From Octopus vulgaris (taxonomy: Eukaryota): a stretch of DNA of 64,000 bases. Shown in pieces: positions 51,001 through 62,440 of the stretch (its first letter is position 1; each line of letters opens with the position of its first letter). The notes under the pieces were generated by a model. That model was not told the origin of the DNA. It ran no database searches and saw only the letters and a program-made list of their open reading frames with translations. Position numbers and translations under genes: made by a program. The stretch covers positions 110,546,001 to 110,610,000 of the forward strand of contig OX597817.1 of NCBI GenBank assembly GCA_951406725.2, read 5' to 3'.

Positions 51001-52037
51001 TTAAGGATACACTTGTGAATGGACTATTCAGCAAATCAGTCATTCAATGAATATCCCTTTTCATTGACTGAAAAATTGAAATATTCATTGTGAAAACCAA
51101 CAGAGACCTATGTATTATAATTTTATTCTATTTATAAATACAGAAGTCTTTGATCTGCACTGTTTCAATACATATTACGAGTCAAAATATTTTGAAATTA
51201 AATGATAAAACATACACAATATATGATTTCAGCTGAATTTCTGATTTTGGCCTTTTGCTCCATGCTCAGACAATTAACAAGCATCAAATGTTACTTGTTC
51301 TCCATAATTTTAAGTGTAAAATGTTTTCAACTTGTAAGAAATGGAAAATATATAATTTACATTATAAGTACTAAGTTCTTTATCTTGTAAAACCAAGGTT
51401 CATTAATTTTTAATTACTAGCTTTAATATAAATCCCTAATGGCCTAATGTTGAAACTTTAAACTTCATCAACTATGGAAAACATTTTACTTTCTTATGTT
51501 TTTGGTATGTGTTTATATTGTATATGTTTCAATTTTAACTTTTCTGGAATTGTAGAATTGTAGTTTTCTATAAGCATTGAGAAAACTTCATTCATATCTT
51601 ACAACCATTTGCATAACAAACTTTGCTTAGATTTCTAAACTGAATAATTCAGACAGATGTTTCCTGATTCCACCTACTTGTATTATTTTTGTCTAAGATT
51701 AATTTTCAAAATGAAAGGTAACCTGTTACAAGAACTGATTCTTTGTAATCCTAATTCTTGAGCAATATGTCATGCTGAGTTTGTACTTTCCACCTCTCTA
51801 AAAAAAAGGAAAAAAAAATTGATGCTAAATAGATTTCTCACTCTCAACTTTTTAAAAACATTTTCTGCCATTGAACAGAAGCTTTGAAAACTTGAATTAA
51901 TGAGAAAGCACCTACTTAGTTGCTCAAGGAACATTTATCTTCTTTCACATTATGCTTTGTGCATATGATGAGTTGTTATTAATTTTACAATATCTCTCTG
52001 TTCTTATATAGTTTATATTATAACTAATTATTATCTA

Positions 52038-52243
52038 TTTATCTTCCTTTCTTTATTTTCTTTCTTTCTTTCTCTTTCTTCCTTCCTTCCTTTCTTTCTT
52101 TCTTTCTTCCTTCCTTTCTTTCTTCCTTTCTTTCTTTCTTCCTTCCTTCCTTCCTTTTTTCTTTCTTTGTTTCTTTGTTTCTTTTTTTCTTTGTTTGTTT
52201 GTTTGTTTGTTTGTTTCTTTGTTTCTTTCTGTCTTTCTTTCTT
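52038..52243. repeat. Compound (CTTT/CCTT/GTTT)n microsatellite
   Basis: Direct reading; it explains the K/E/R-rich ORF 52039..52266. Confidence 0.92.
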
Positions 52244-52334
52244 AACATGGATGTATTGCTAGACATTAATTTTGATATAAAGATTGCCTTTTGGTATTAA
52301 TACCACCTCCATTGCCAATAAATTATATATACAC

Positions 52335-52660
52335 ATGTGATCCGAGTGTGATCGTTGCTAGGGCCGCTGACTGGCTTCCGTGCCGGTGGCACATAAAATG
52401 CACCATTCAAGCGTGATTGTTACCAGTGTTGCCTTACTGGCACTTGTGCCGGTGGCACGTGAAGAACAACATTTGAGCGAGGTCGTTGCCAGTACCACCT
52501 GACTGGCCCTCATACTGGTGGCACGTAAAAGCACTCACTACACTCTCGGAGTGGTTGGCGTTAAGAAGGGCATCCAGCTGTAGAAACTCTGCCAAATGAG
52601 ATTGGAGCCTGATCCAACCATCTGGCTTGCCAGTCCTTAGTCAAACTGTCCAACCCAAAC
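52335..52660 (+). mobile_element. RTE 3' UTR/tail fragment
   Basis: Repeated GGTGGCACGTAAAAGCAC units followed by CACTCTCGGAGTGGTTGGCGTTAAGAAGGGCATCCAGCTGTAGAAAC. Confidence 0.85.
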
Positions 52661-53150
52661 CATTTTCTCTGAAAGAAAAATCTTTTGTTACTAACAGAAA
52701 TAATTTGGTTCCCAGAATTTTCTTTATCTTGTTCTAAGGCTGATCCAAAAGTATAATCAGAGTTTCTCATTGCTAACTAGATTACTGAGGCAACAGAAGC
52801 CATTTGCTCCTTCTAGGAATCTAAAAAGATCCCTAGAAGTAAAAATTGTATTTAAAAAGCAAGATTGTGTTTTAAAAAAACTGTATATAAAATTGTAACA
52901 AAATAAAAATAAAAATTTATATATTGCATTGTTTGTGTATGTGTGTGTGCATATGTATGTATATATGTGTGTATGTATCTATATATATATATATACATGT
53001 ATATATGTATATTTGTTAAGGTATTGTTCCTTTAATATGTAAGTTACCAACATTTTTATTGATGCTTTTGATGGAAATTTTTACATTTGTATTCAGGTAG
53101 CAATAGCTGTTGAGATACCTTTTAACAGACAAACCTGACATTTTCATGTA

Positions 53151-53333
53151 CTGTTTGTATATATGCCTGTCAAAACAGAAGTAGTTGTTGTTCATATTCA
53201 TAGAGAACAGTGGCTATATATCCAAGGGAGATAAAGCAAAACAGTCTCCATTGCTTGAAGAAAGATAATTTGTTTGGAAATCACAACTGTGAATGACACC
53301 TACATCTGTTTTGACAAGTGCATATACAAACAG
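53151..53333. mobile_element. MITE-like inverted repeat
   Basis: CTGTTTGTATATATGCCTGTCAAAACAGAAGTAG is mirrored by CTACATCTGTTTTGACAAGTGCATATACAAACAG. The outer ends are unresolved. Confidence 0.6.
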
Positions 53334-53668
53334 GCTGTAAGATTATCAATGGGCTTGAGTTTATCAGAGTTATTAATGATCTTAGGCATGGAAATGGTGA
53401 AGTACAGATTGCTTATTGTTTGCATCCTCTTGCACATTCTTTGAGATATACTCTTTTACTCATTTCAGCCTTGTAGCTGCTGTTATGCTGGATCACTTTG
53501 ATAACATTTTTATGAAACACCTGATGGAATCAAAATTCATTAACTCTTTGATATTCAATAACTTTTGAAAGTAAAATGTCAACTTCTACAGACATTCGGG
53601 ACATAAAGATTTGTTTCACCACTTCCAATCAGCTTTGCTGCTTTAGTGATAATTCATTATTTCAATGA

Positions 53669-54174
53669 CTAGCAGTATCGCCCGGCGTTGCTCGGGTTTG
53701 TAAGGGAAATAACTATATAAGCATTTTTAGAGAGTTACTTCCCTTATAAATTCGGGCTTTCTTAGCCATTTTTGTTTTGGTGTCTTCAAGCCATGAAGTC
53801 GTTGTTCTAAAAGAACGCTGGTTTCCTTCACAACGCATTACGACGTTGATTTCTTTACACTCCCTTCCCCACAGCTTCACGAGGGAGGGAAGGGGGAGAA
53901 GCAAAGAGGTGCAGCTGTGAGCGTGGACGCCAACTCCGCCGCCATCGACATACGATGCATTTTATGCATTAAAATGGAATAAAAAATGATGTTAAATTAT
54001 TTTTAAAATCGTAGACTCATCGTTGACGCGCGCTAATAGTCAGACGGGCTCGATATGAATCACGACTATAAGATACCCGAATTTGGTTAAACTGCACCGC
54101 AAAATGTGGGAGGAGTTAGGAATCTAAATCGAAGGGGACAGACACTCACACAACTAGAGTTTTATATATATAGA
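53669..54174 (-). mobile_element. Non-autonomous Helitron with a distinct internal segment
   Basis: Same TC...hairpin-CTAG termini as 21928-22322, with an A|T target. Confidence 0.88.
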
Positions 54175-55624
54175 TATAGGAAACAAAAATACCATTTGTG
54201 AGTGATCTTTATCAGAACAAGTGCCCTGGGCAACACATCAAACTGCGCATCTTGCAGTGGAGCTTCAACTCAGGAGTTCAGGAATTTGGTGGGGAAAACA
54301 GTTATCTCTTAGTTACCATTACTCTGCGGTTAGCTTTGGGGTGGTAGCACATGTCAAGGGCCTCAGTTATGGGTCATATAGCAAAATGTGGTCCAATGAC
54401 TAAAGCATATTGGGGTCAGGAGTGCTGGCCCCTAAACATGTGTCATACAGGCCTACTGGTGTGTTGGCATACCTTGATGTTACATTACCGAAAATTTATG
54501 TAGGCTTTGTTCTTTGATGGTAAGCTCCAAAGAGATGGAGATTAGTAAAGGAAATTGAAAATAAAGCAGAAAGTAACAAGAAACCACCATTGTATCTTTC
54601 CAAGAAAAATCATGAATCTTTAGATTATGATGACATGCAAGTCCATGATTGCTGGCACCAATACGCATGATATCTGTAGATAGAGATTAGAATATAGCCA
54701 TAAAAGAACAAGAAAAAAATGGATATAAGACAAAAGAATTGTCCAAAATTCTTGCTAATTTAGGCACCTTATTCAAATGCATGTTTTATATCTAAGTGAT
54801 TACTTATTATTTCCCAAGTAAATTCTGATCATGAAGACCTATGGTCAAAGGCATTTCAGCTATGTCAATTTTTAAAAACTTATCTTTCTTCTTTTTGATA
54901 TGAAAGAAAACGAAGGAGACTTGACTGGTATTTGTAGCAGGTCATGTAACAATTCTTTCAAGTCATCAGTAATTTTGTACAGAGAGAAGAATTCATATAA
55001 CATTAAATCTGCCTGTTTGAGGACTTCTTTAAAAAGCTGTCTCTACAGCAATAGAACCCCTGATTGCCACAGAATATGAGCACTGCTTGATTAAAAATGC
55101 TTATAAATTCTTTAAAGCTTATAGGTGAGAGGTAACAATTTTTACAAAGGCAGAATCATGCATTTACTATTTATTAGACATTAGGTAGTTCTTGAATATG
55201 GCAGCCTGATCTATTTAAAGGCAACTTGACAGCTGCCAGAATAACAGAAATTATGGTTTCTATCAAGACTTTTAATAGAAACCTTGGATATTTATATGCT
55301 AAAAAAGCAATACAGTTAAAGCATTTGCAATCACAAATTTGCAATGGTCATGAGTTCCGCAACTGTCAGTTGTTTGTTGTATGATTTGAAAATTACTGTG
55401 CACATGTCTTTACATCTCTGTTTATCTCATAATGGGTTGGGTGTGTTTACAGTTAAATCCTTGTTTTACATATTTCAGTTCATGATATAGGTTGTTAAAG
55501 CCAAATCACTGAATAAATTACTCCCAATTTTGCATTGTTAAATGTCTTTTATTACCTTTCTGATTCTGTCCATTGCCTCAAGTAAACTAGCAGTTTTACT
55601 TATATCTGAATGTGTGTATGTATG

Positions 55625-55680
<56 letters not shown>

Positions 55681-56488
55681 TGTGTGTATCAAGTTAGATA
55701 ATGTCTATATATTGTGATTTAGATGCATAACCGTCAAGATGCTCATTGCATACTTGAGGTAAATCATGTAGTTAGTTATGTATATGGAGGTAAATATGTA
55801 TTTAGAAGCATTCCCTGGTTTTACATAAATATCTGTGTACATATCAATGATTCCAGAAGGTGCTAAGTAGAAGATCATTATTGCCCACATAAATACCTTC
55901 ATGAAACCATGGTATAGACACATCTGATTACCTTTGGAAGTAGGTAGACACTTGCATGCACGAATCTACACAGATATACATTCCCACTTCTGCACATGGT
56001 AATTACATCATGCAGGCACATGTTTTACAAAGCATTTTCTAATTACAATAAATCCAATCATAAGAACTAAGCCTTCCTCTCTACCTAACTTTTAAAATTT
56101 CCTCCTAAATGATTGTTCTCCCATACCAGTAACTAGCAACACTTAAGACTTTCTCATTTTTCATGTTCTTGCTCTTTTACCAGTTTATTATACATCCCCT
56201 GCCCTCCCCTCATCCACTCTACTTACCTGTGTCCCTGATATGATTGAGCCTCTTTTATCTTTTAAGTGTTTCAGTCATTAGACTGCAGCTGTGCTGGGGC
56301 ACCACATTCAAGAACTTTTAGTCAAATGAACTGAGCCCAGGACTTCTTTTTTAAAGCCTGGTACTTATTCTACCAGTCTTTTTTACTGAACTGCTTAGTT
56401 ATGGGGATGTAAACAAACCAAAACTAGTTGTCAAGTGGTGATGGGAGACAAACACAGACACAAAGATATACACACACAGACATGTTTT

Positions 56489-56529
<41 letters not shown>

Positions 56530-56595
56530 GGTCCCGGGTTGATTCGGGGTTAACCACAGTAAATAAGGTACTCAATACATAGTAGAGTAAAATTA

Positions 56596-56729
56596 ATTTA
56601 TTATATAGAAGGAGCTTCTACAGGACTAGAACTGTTTCATTCAAGAGAAATCTTCAGGAAGCCGGCTTCCTGAAGATTTCTCTTGAATGAAACAGTTCTA
56701 GTCCTGTAGAAGCTCCTTCTATATAATAA

Positions 56730-56731
<2 letters not shown>
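56596..56731. repeat. Perfect 136-bp palindrome
   Basis: Centre GAAGCC|GGCTTC at 56663/56664. The arms match base for base out to 56596 and 56731. Confidence 0.95.
56665..56713 (+). ncRNA. Type I hammerhead motif (mirror copy on minus strand at 56614-56662)
   Basis: GCTTC-CTGAAGA-TTTC(TCTT)GAAT-GAAA-CAG(TTCTAGTC)CTG-TA-GAAGC with a GUA triplet. Stem II is weak (U-U at 10.1/11.1). Confidence 0.65.
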
Positions 56732-56764
<33 letters not shown>

Positions 56765-57420
56765 TAAAACATATATATACAACAGGGGCAAGGCTCTTGT
56801 AGAAGACACTTGCCCAAAGTGCCATGCAGTGGGACTGAACCTGAAACGATGTGGTTGGTTGAGAAGTAAGCTTCTTGCCACACAGCCATGCTGGTGCCTC
56901 TGTTTATGTCTCCTTTGTATTTTCTTTTTTTAGTTTTTTCTTTACTTATTTATGCAACTGACCTTAATTTACTACCTAGCACCCACTTCCTTCTCTATGT
57001 TGATTGTTTAGTATCATCCTGCGTTTACCGCTTTTAATCTACTCTACAACAGACACCAACCTTTCTTTATTCATACTTCCCTATCTTTATGACTCATTTT
57101 ATCTCCCCCCCCCCCCCCACACCGATGCTGTTATATGGTGTCTCCTAAGTTTTAACCTTCAGCAACCTCATTCTTCTTGCTCCCATCGTATCAGTCTATG
57201 TTTTTTCCTTAAGCCTCACTCCCTCAAACTACCCCCTGTTTCCCATTGAACCTGTATATAAACATTGTTCTATACAAGGATTCTATATGAAGATCAAGAT
57301 ATGTCACATTACATATCTCTTACAATCCATACACCTACAATATTATGAGATCTTAGTCTGTATACTCTCTAATGCTCATCTTTCTGTACCTTGAAAGTTA
57401 GCTCTAGTACGCTTACTTCC

Positions 57421-57637
57421 TATTTATTTACTGCCCACAAAGGGCTACACACAGAGGAGACAAACAAGGACAGACAAATGGATTAAGTTGATTATATCGA
57501 CCCCAGTGCGTAACTGGTACTTATTTAATCAACCCTGAAAGAATGAAAAGCAAATTTGAACTCAGAACGTAGCGGCAGACAAAATACTGCTAAGCATTTC
57601 ACCCGGCGTGCTAAAGTTTCCGCCAGCTCGACACCTT
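57421..57637 (-). mobile_element. tRNA-derived Meta-domain SINE (OK-like)
   Basis: Minus strand reads GAGCTGGCGGAAACTTTAGCACGCCGGG...GAGTTCAAATT..TTTCATTCTTTCAGGGTTGATTAAATAAGTACCAGTT..CTGGGGTCG. A 13-bp TSD TACGCTTACTTCC sits at 57408 and 57664. Confidence 0.85.
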
Positions 57638-58444
57638 AAGTAAGTGAGTGGAAGTAAGCCTAATACGCTTACTTCCACCCACTCCAATATGGTATGTGGT
57701 TAACCATCTACCCCTTCTATAGCAAGACATCTATGCTTGTCCCTCTATCATATATTTTAACCTTTCAAAACTTGACATAGTATTACCCCACCTCTTGAAT
57801 ATTTGCCCATCCACTTAGTAGTAGGAGCTTTTTCATTTTTTTTCCTAGTTCTCTTTTTGTGTTTTTGGAAATTGCAATTGGTAACCTTATTAGTGGTATG
57901 AAAAAAACCACACAATACTCATTGTAAATTAGTTGGTGTTAGGAAGGGCATCCAGCAGTAGAAAACATGCCAAAGCTGACACTGAAGCTTGATGTAGATC
58001 TGCAGCTCGCCAGATCCTGTTAAACCATCCTACACATACAAGCATTGAGAAACAGATGTTAAATGATGATGATGGTGGTTATGGCATCAGTTATTGTTCA
58101 TCTGAAACAGCTGTAAAGATAAGGCTATCCCATCATTCCTTATGTTTATTTTTATTCACAAGTTTCCATGTAAATACACTCCTTACACCTAATTTTGTTT
58201 TGCTGCCTTTTTTACTTCAATATCCACTTGATGAAGGTTGTTCTTATAGTTGAATTCCTATATTGGCAATATCTACCTTGGATGAAAGAGTTAGAATTTA
58301 AGTTTTAGATCTATCTAGGAAGTACTTAGTTACTATACCACACTTACTTTAATGTTCATCAACACTGTTGTTTTCTCTCTCTCTCTCTATCTATCTATAT
58401 CTTACATACATACACATGTGTGTGCGCACTCACACACACACAAA

Positions 58445-58537
58445 CTAGTGTAGCTAGAGGGGTAGTGGAGGTAGTCCACTCTGGACAGGACTTTTATGGG
58501 AGTAGCACCACTTTTGAGTCTGCTCTAGCTACGCCAG
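58445..58537. mobile_element. Short MITE
   Basis: Terminal inverted repeats CTAGTGTAGCTAGAG / CTCTAGCTACGCCAG. Confidence 0.6.
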
Positions 58538-58594
58538 AATGTAAGCGAGCAAGGCAAATGAAAAGATGCAAAATTTATTTTTATTGAATACCTG

Positions 58595-59522
58595 AAATTG
58601 TGGGATCCAGGCCATGATTGACAACGACCTCTCCAAGTCAGTCAGGTTCATCGCCAGGGAAATGGTAATGTCTGAGTTTCTTATCACACAGGTAGTGCAT
58701 GAAGACATTCAGTATTCCTCATACAAGATGAGAAAGGACCAATTTTTATCCCAAGCCATTAAGGACAAGTGGAAAAACTGCACTACAAATCTTTTGAACA
58801 AACTCAAGCATGCCCTCCAACCGAACATGCTATGGGTTTTCTCAGATGAGAATAGTTTCTGCCGGGCTCAGATGGTGAACACAGAACAACCGTTGGCTTG
58901 CTGTGTCCACAAAACATGTTGACATCCAGTCAACATCATGGTGTTTCAAGCGATCACTAGTGATGGCAACGATATGCCTCCATTTATCTTCCCACATGGC
59001 CTCACACTCAACACGCAGGCCTACATCAAGTGCCTGAAGGAGGCAGTGCTGCCCTGGGTCAAGAGGGTGGCTGATGGAAGACCCTATGTCTGGCAACAAG
59101 ACTCTGCACCATGCCACACAAGTAGGAGAACCCAGTCATGGCTGTTAGACAATTCCTGCAACCACATCACACCTAACATCTGGCCACCTAACTCCCCAGA
59201 CTCCAACACCCTTGATTATTATGTGTGGGGTGCAGTTGAGTGAGAGACCAACAAAATTCCTTGTAACACCAAAGATGAACTGAAAGCAAGGATTATGGCA
59301 GCATTCACCAACTTAAACAAGGAAACCTTCCAAGAAGAGTTGCAGGAGATTTTGAAGTCTTCTGGAGGCTATGGTTGAAGCCAATGGCGATTTTATTGAA
59401 TAAAGATTTACTCTTTAATATTTCAAGACATTTTTATGTAATTTTGGTAAATATATCTATTAAAATGAGATGTCAGTGTTATTTTCATTTTTGTATAATT
59501 TAGACAATTTATTCACCACTCC

Positions 59523-59525
<3 letters not shown>
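58595..59525 (+). mobile_element. DD37D (maT-type) transposon, 5'-truncated pseudogene
   Basis: WVFSDE ... WQQDSAPCH ... WPPNSPDSNTLDY, with 37 residues between the second and third D. Ends CTCCCTG|TA. Confidence 0.9.
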
Positions 59526-59583
<58 letters not shown>

Positions 59584-59588
<5 letters not shown>

Positions 59589-60618
59589 CATAGTCCTATT
59601 TATCATAGTCCTCCAGGCAATTACGGAGGAATTCAAGATAAGTTGCCCCTGGGAGCTCCTATATGCTGACGACCTCGCTCTAATTGCTGAGTCACTATCA
59701 GAACTGGAGGAGAAGTTCCAGGTGTGGAAGGAGGGTCTAGAATTGAGGGGCCTTAGAGTTAACCTAGCAAAAACCAAAGTAGTAATAAGTAGGAAGGTAG
59801 ACAATCCACAAATGTCTTCAGGAAGATGGCCCTGCTCGATCTGTAGAAAAGGTGTAGGTAGAAACTCTATAAGATGTACCCAGTGTAAGCTATGGACACA
59901 TAAGAGGTGCAGCAATGTCAAAGGAAGGCTAACTGGGAAGATAGTTTTTGTATGTGGCAGATGCTCTGGAGCATTAACCTCTGAAAATCTGCAGAAAACA
60001 ACTTCCGTCACTTTCCAGGGGGAAAAACTAGAAGTAGTTGATAGCTTCCGCTATCTTGGTGACCAAGTCAGTAGTGGGGGTGGGGGTGCTGAAAGTGTAA
60101 CGGCTAGAGTAAGAATAGCCTGGGCAAAGTTTAGGGAGCTCTTACCTCTGCTGGTGACTAAAGGCCTCTCGCTCAGAGTAAAAGGCAGACTGTATGATGC
60201 ATGTGTACGAACAGCCATGCTACATGGCAGTGAAACATGGGCCGTGACTGCTGAGGACATGCGTAAGCTCGCGAGAAATGAAGCCAGTATGCTCCGATGG
60301 ATGTGTAATGTCAGTGTGCATGCTCGACAGAGCGTTAGTACCCTGAGAGAAATGTTGGACCTAAGGGGAATCAGTTGTGGTGTGCAGGAGAGACGATTGT
60401 GCTGGTATGGTCATGTGGCGAGAATGGATGAAGATAGGTGTGTGAAAAAGTGCCAATCCCTAGCAGTGGAGGGAACTCGTGGAAGAGGTAGACCCAGGAA
60501 AACTTGGGACGAGATGGTGAAGCACGACCTTCGAAATTTAGGTCTCACTGAGGAAATGTCCAGCGACCGAGACCTTTGGAAATTTGCTGTGCGTGAAAAG
60601 ACCAGGCAGGACAAGTGA
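59584..60618 (+). pseudogene. RTE reverse transcriptase, C-terminal half (uninterrupted), with a PHD-like insert
   Basis: LLYADD, GLRVNLAKTK, FRYLG, MLHGSETW, RLCWYGHV and RGRGRPRKTW. The listed start at 59470 is an artefact of the upstream TIR and microsatellite. Confidence 0.93.
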
Positions 60619-61214
60619 GTCCAGCCCATTTATGCATGCCTTTCCTCCATTGGACACACAAAGACCTGTTGAGGCAAGCGAAGTCGATATCGAACCTCAT
60701 CTGACGACAGGCATCTATGCCAACCCCCCTTTGCTTGCGAAGACCTGTTGGGGCAAGTGAAATCGAAATTGGAATCGAAATTGAACCAATCCTATGACTG
60801 GCACCCGGCAGATGCCAGGACCCCTGGACTGGAGATACGTAAAAAGCACTATCTGAATCATGGCCGATGCCAGCACCGCTTCGACTGGCTTCCGTGTCGG
60901 TGGCACGTAAAAAGCACCATCCGAATCGTGGCCGAAGCCAGTGCCGCCTCGACTGGCTTCCGTGTTGGTGGCACGTAAAAAGCACCAATCCGACCGTAGC
61001 CGATGCCAGCCTCGCCTGGCACCAGTGCAGGTGGCACGTGAAAAGCACCCATTACACTCTCGGAGTGGTTGGCGTTAGGAAGGGCATCCAGCTGTAGAAA
61101 CTTTGCCAGATAAGACCAGAGCTTGGTGCAGCCTTCTGGCTTCCCAGATCCCCAGTCGAACCGTTCAACCCATGCTAGCATGGAGAACGGACGTTAAATG
61201 ATGATGATGATGAT
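59584..61214 (+). mobile_element. Young 5'-truncated RTE LINE inserted in (TA)n
   Basis: Open RT 3' half, a 3' UTR with ~68-bp tandem units (about 60830-61050), a conserved tail and (GAT)n. Confidence 0.95.
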
Positions 61215-62224
61215 ATATATATATATACATTTGCATGTATGTATATAAATTTATACATCTATGTGTATTTAACCATCTGTATTTATGTTAGCTAAATATT
61301 TTCTGAAAAAGAAAAGAAAAAAAAAACAGAGCAGAATTATTACAAAACTTTAAAAAAGTTTGCCTATTTCAAAATATTTTACTGACTTTAATTTAATCAA
61401 AATAACATCTATCAGAAGTCTCTATTGTTTTGAAAATAACAAAATATTAATATTGAAGTTCTTAAATGAATTATTAGGCATCAGAAGTAAAATTGAAGTG
61501 TTTGCTATCTGAAGAAAGAAACCTACAAGTTTATCACTGAAATCTAAACTATTGAGACTGTTATGTCATAAGAGAAAAAAAGATGGTAAGGTAGGAATTC
61601 AGAATGTTTTCTGTAGCATCTAGGGCCTTGTTTTCTTTTGCTAGTTTCTTATCTGTTCAAAATATAGAAGGTATATCTTAAAATAGCAGTTGTTATATAT
61701 AAGTATCTAGCTATACATGTATGCATGCATACATACATACGTGTGTGTGTAAGAACTGATATTTAAGACTCTTCTATTGCAGTAAATCTAAGATGCCTGG
61801 AAATGTCATTTCTGAATAAAATTATATGAAATTCATTCATTTCTAAGCCAAGAGGCAGCAAGCTGTATTTCTCTCAAAATTAATACAAAAAAAAAAAATG
61901 CTAAGAAAAATAAATATATAAATAAATCCAGTAAAATCCTAGAAAAACAAAGTAAAGAAAGGTTGAATGTTAGTGATTTTAAACACACCCTTTGCTTCCT
62001 CTATTAGTTTGACTGACCTTTTAAATGATCATTTGATGTATAAATTGTTTAGGTTCAGCTTTTGGGTGGTAATTGTGCACTCCACTGCAATAGTTTTGAA
62101 ATTTATACAAATAATATAATTTATTTAAAGAAGCTTATTGCATAAGAGATTTCCCCACCCTAGTGAATTACTATCTCTATAAAAGTAAAATAAATTATGA
62201 ACAATCATGAAAAATAAATTTATA

Positions 62225-62440
62225 ATCATCACTCATCGTCATCATCTTTGTTTAACGTACGCTTTCCATGCTAGCATGGGTTGGACAATTTGACTGAGGG
62301 CTGGAAAACCAGATGGCTGCCCCAGGCTCCAATCTTGATCTGGCAGAGTTTCTACAGCTGGATGCCCTTCCTAACACCACCACTCCGAGAGTGTAGTGGG
62401 TGCTTTTACGTGCCACTGGCACGGGGGCCAGTCAGGCAGT
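62225..62440 (-). mobile_element. RTE-type 3' tail fragment
   Basis: Reverse complement of ~61000-61210. Confidence 0.85.

Larger units (their letters stand above)
56250..56898 (-). mobile_element. CORE-type SINE interrupted in its internal (TA)n
   Basis: Family tail at 56250-56480 and head at 56785-56898 bracket a foreign insert at 56527-56731. Confidence 0.85.

Noticed and set aside
52039-52266. K/E/R-rich ORF
   Set aside because: Antisense translation of a tetranucleotide microsatellite.
55850-56240. Possible decayed Penelope GIY-YIG 3' region
   Set aside because: Only a few suggestive residues and a 14-nt resemblance to ~865-880; not enough to call.
59470-59583. N-terminal part of the 382-aa ORF
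   Set aside because: It is read through the maT terminal repeat and a (TA)n tract (YIYIYI), so it is not a real start. Only the RTE portion is meaningful.
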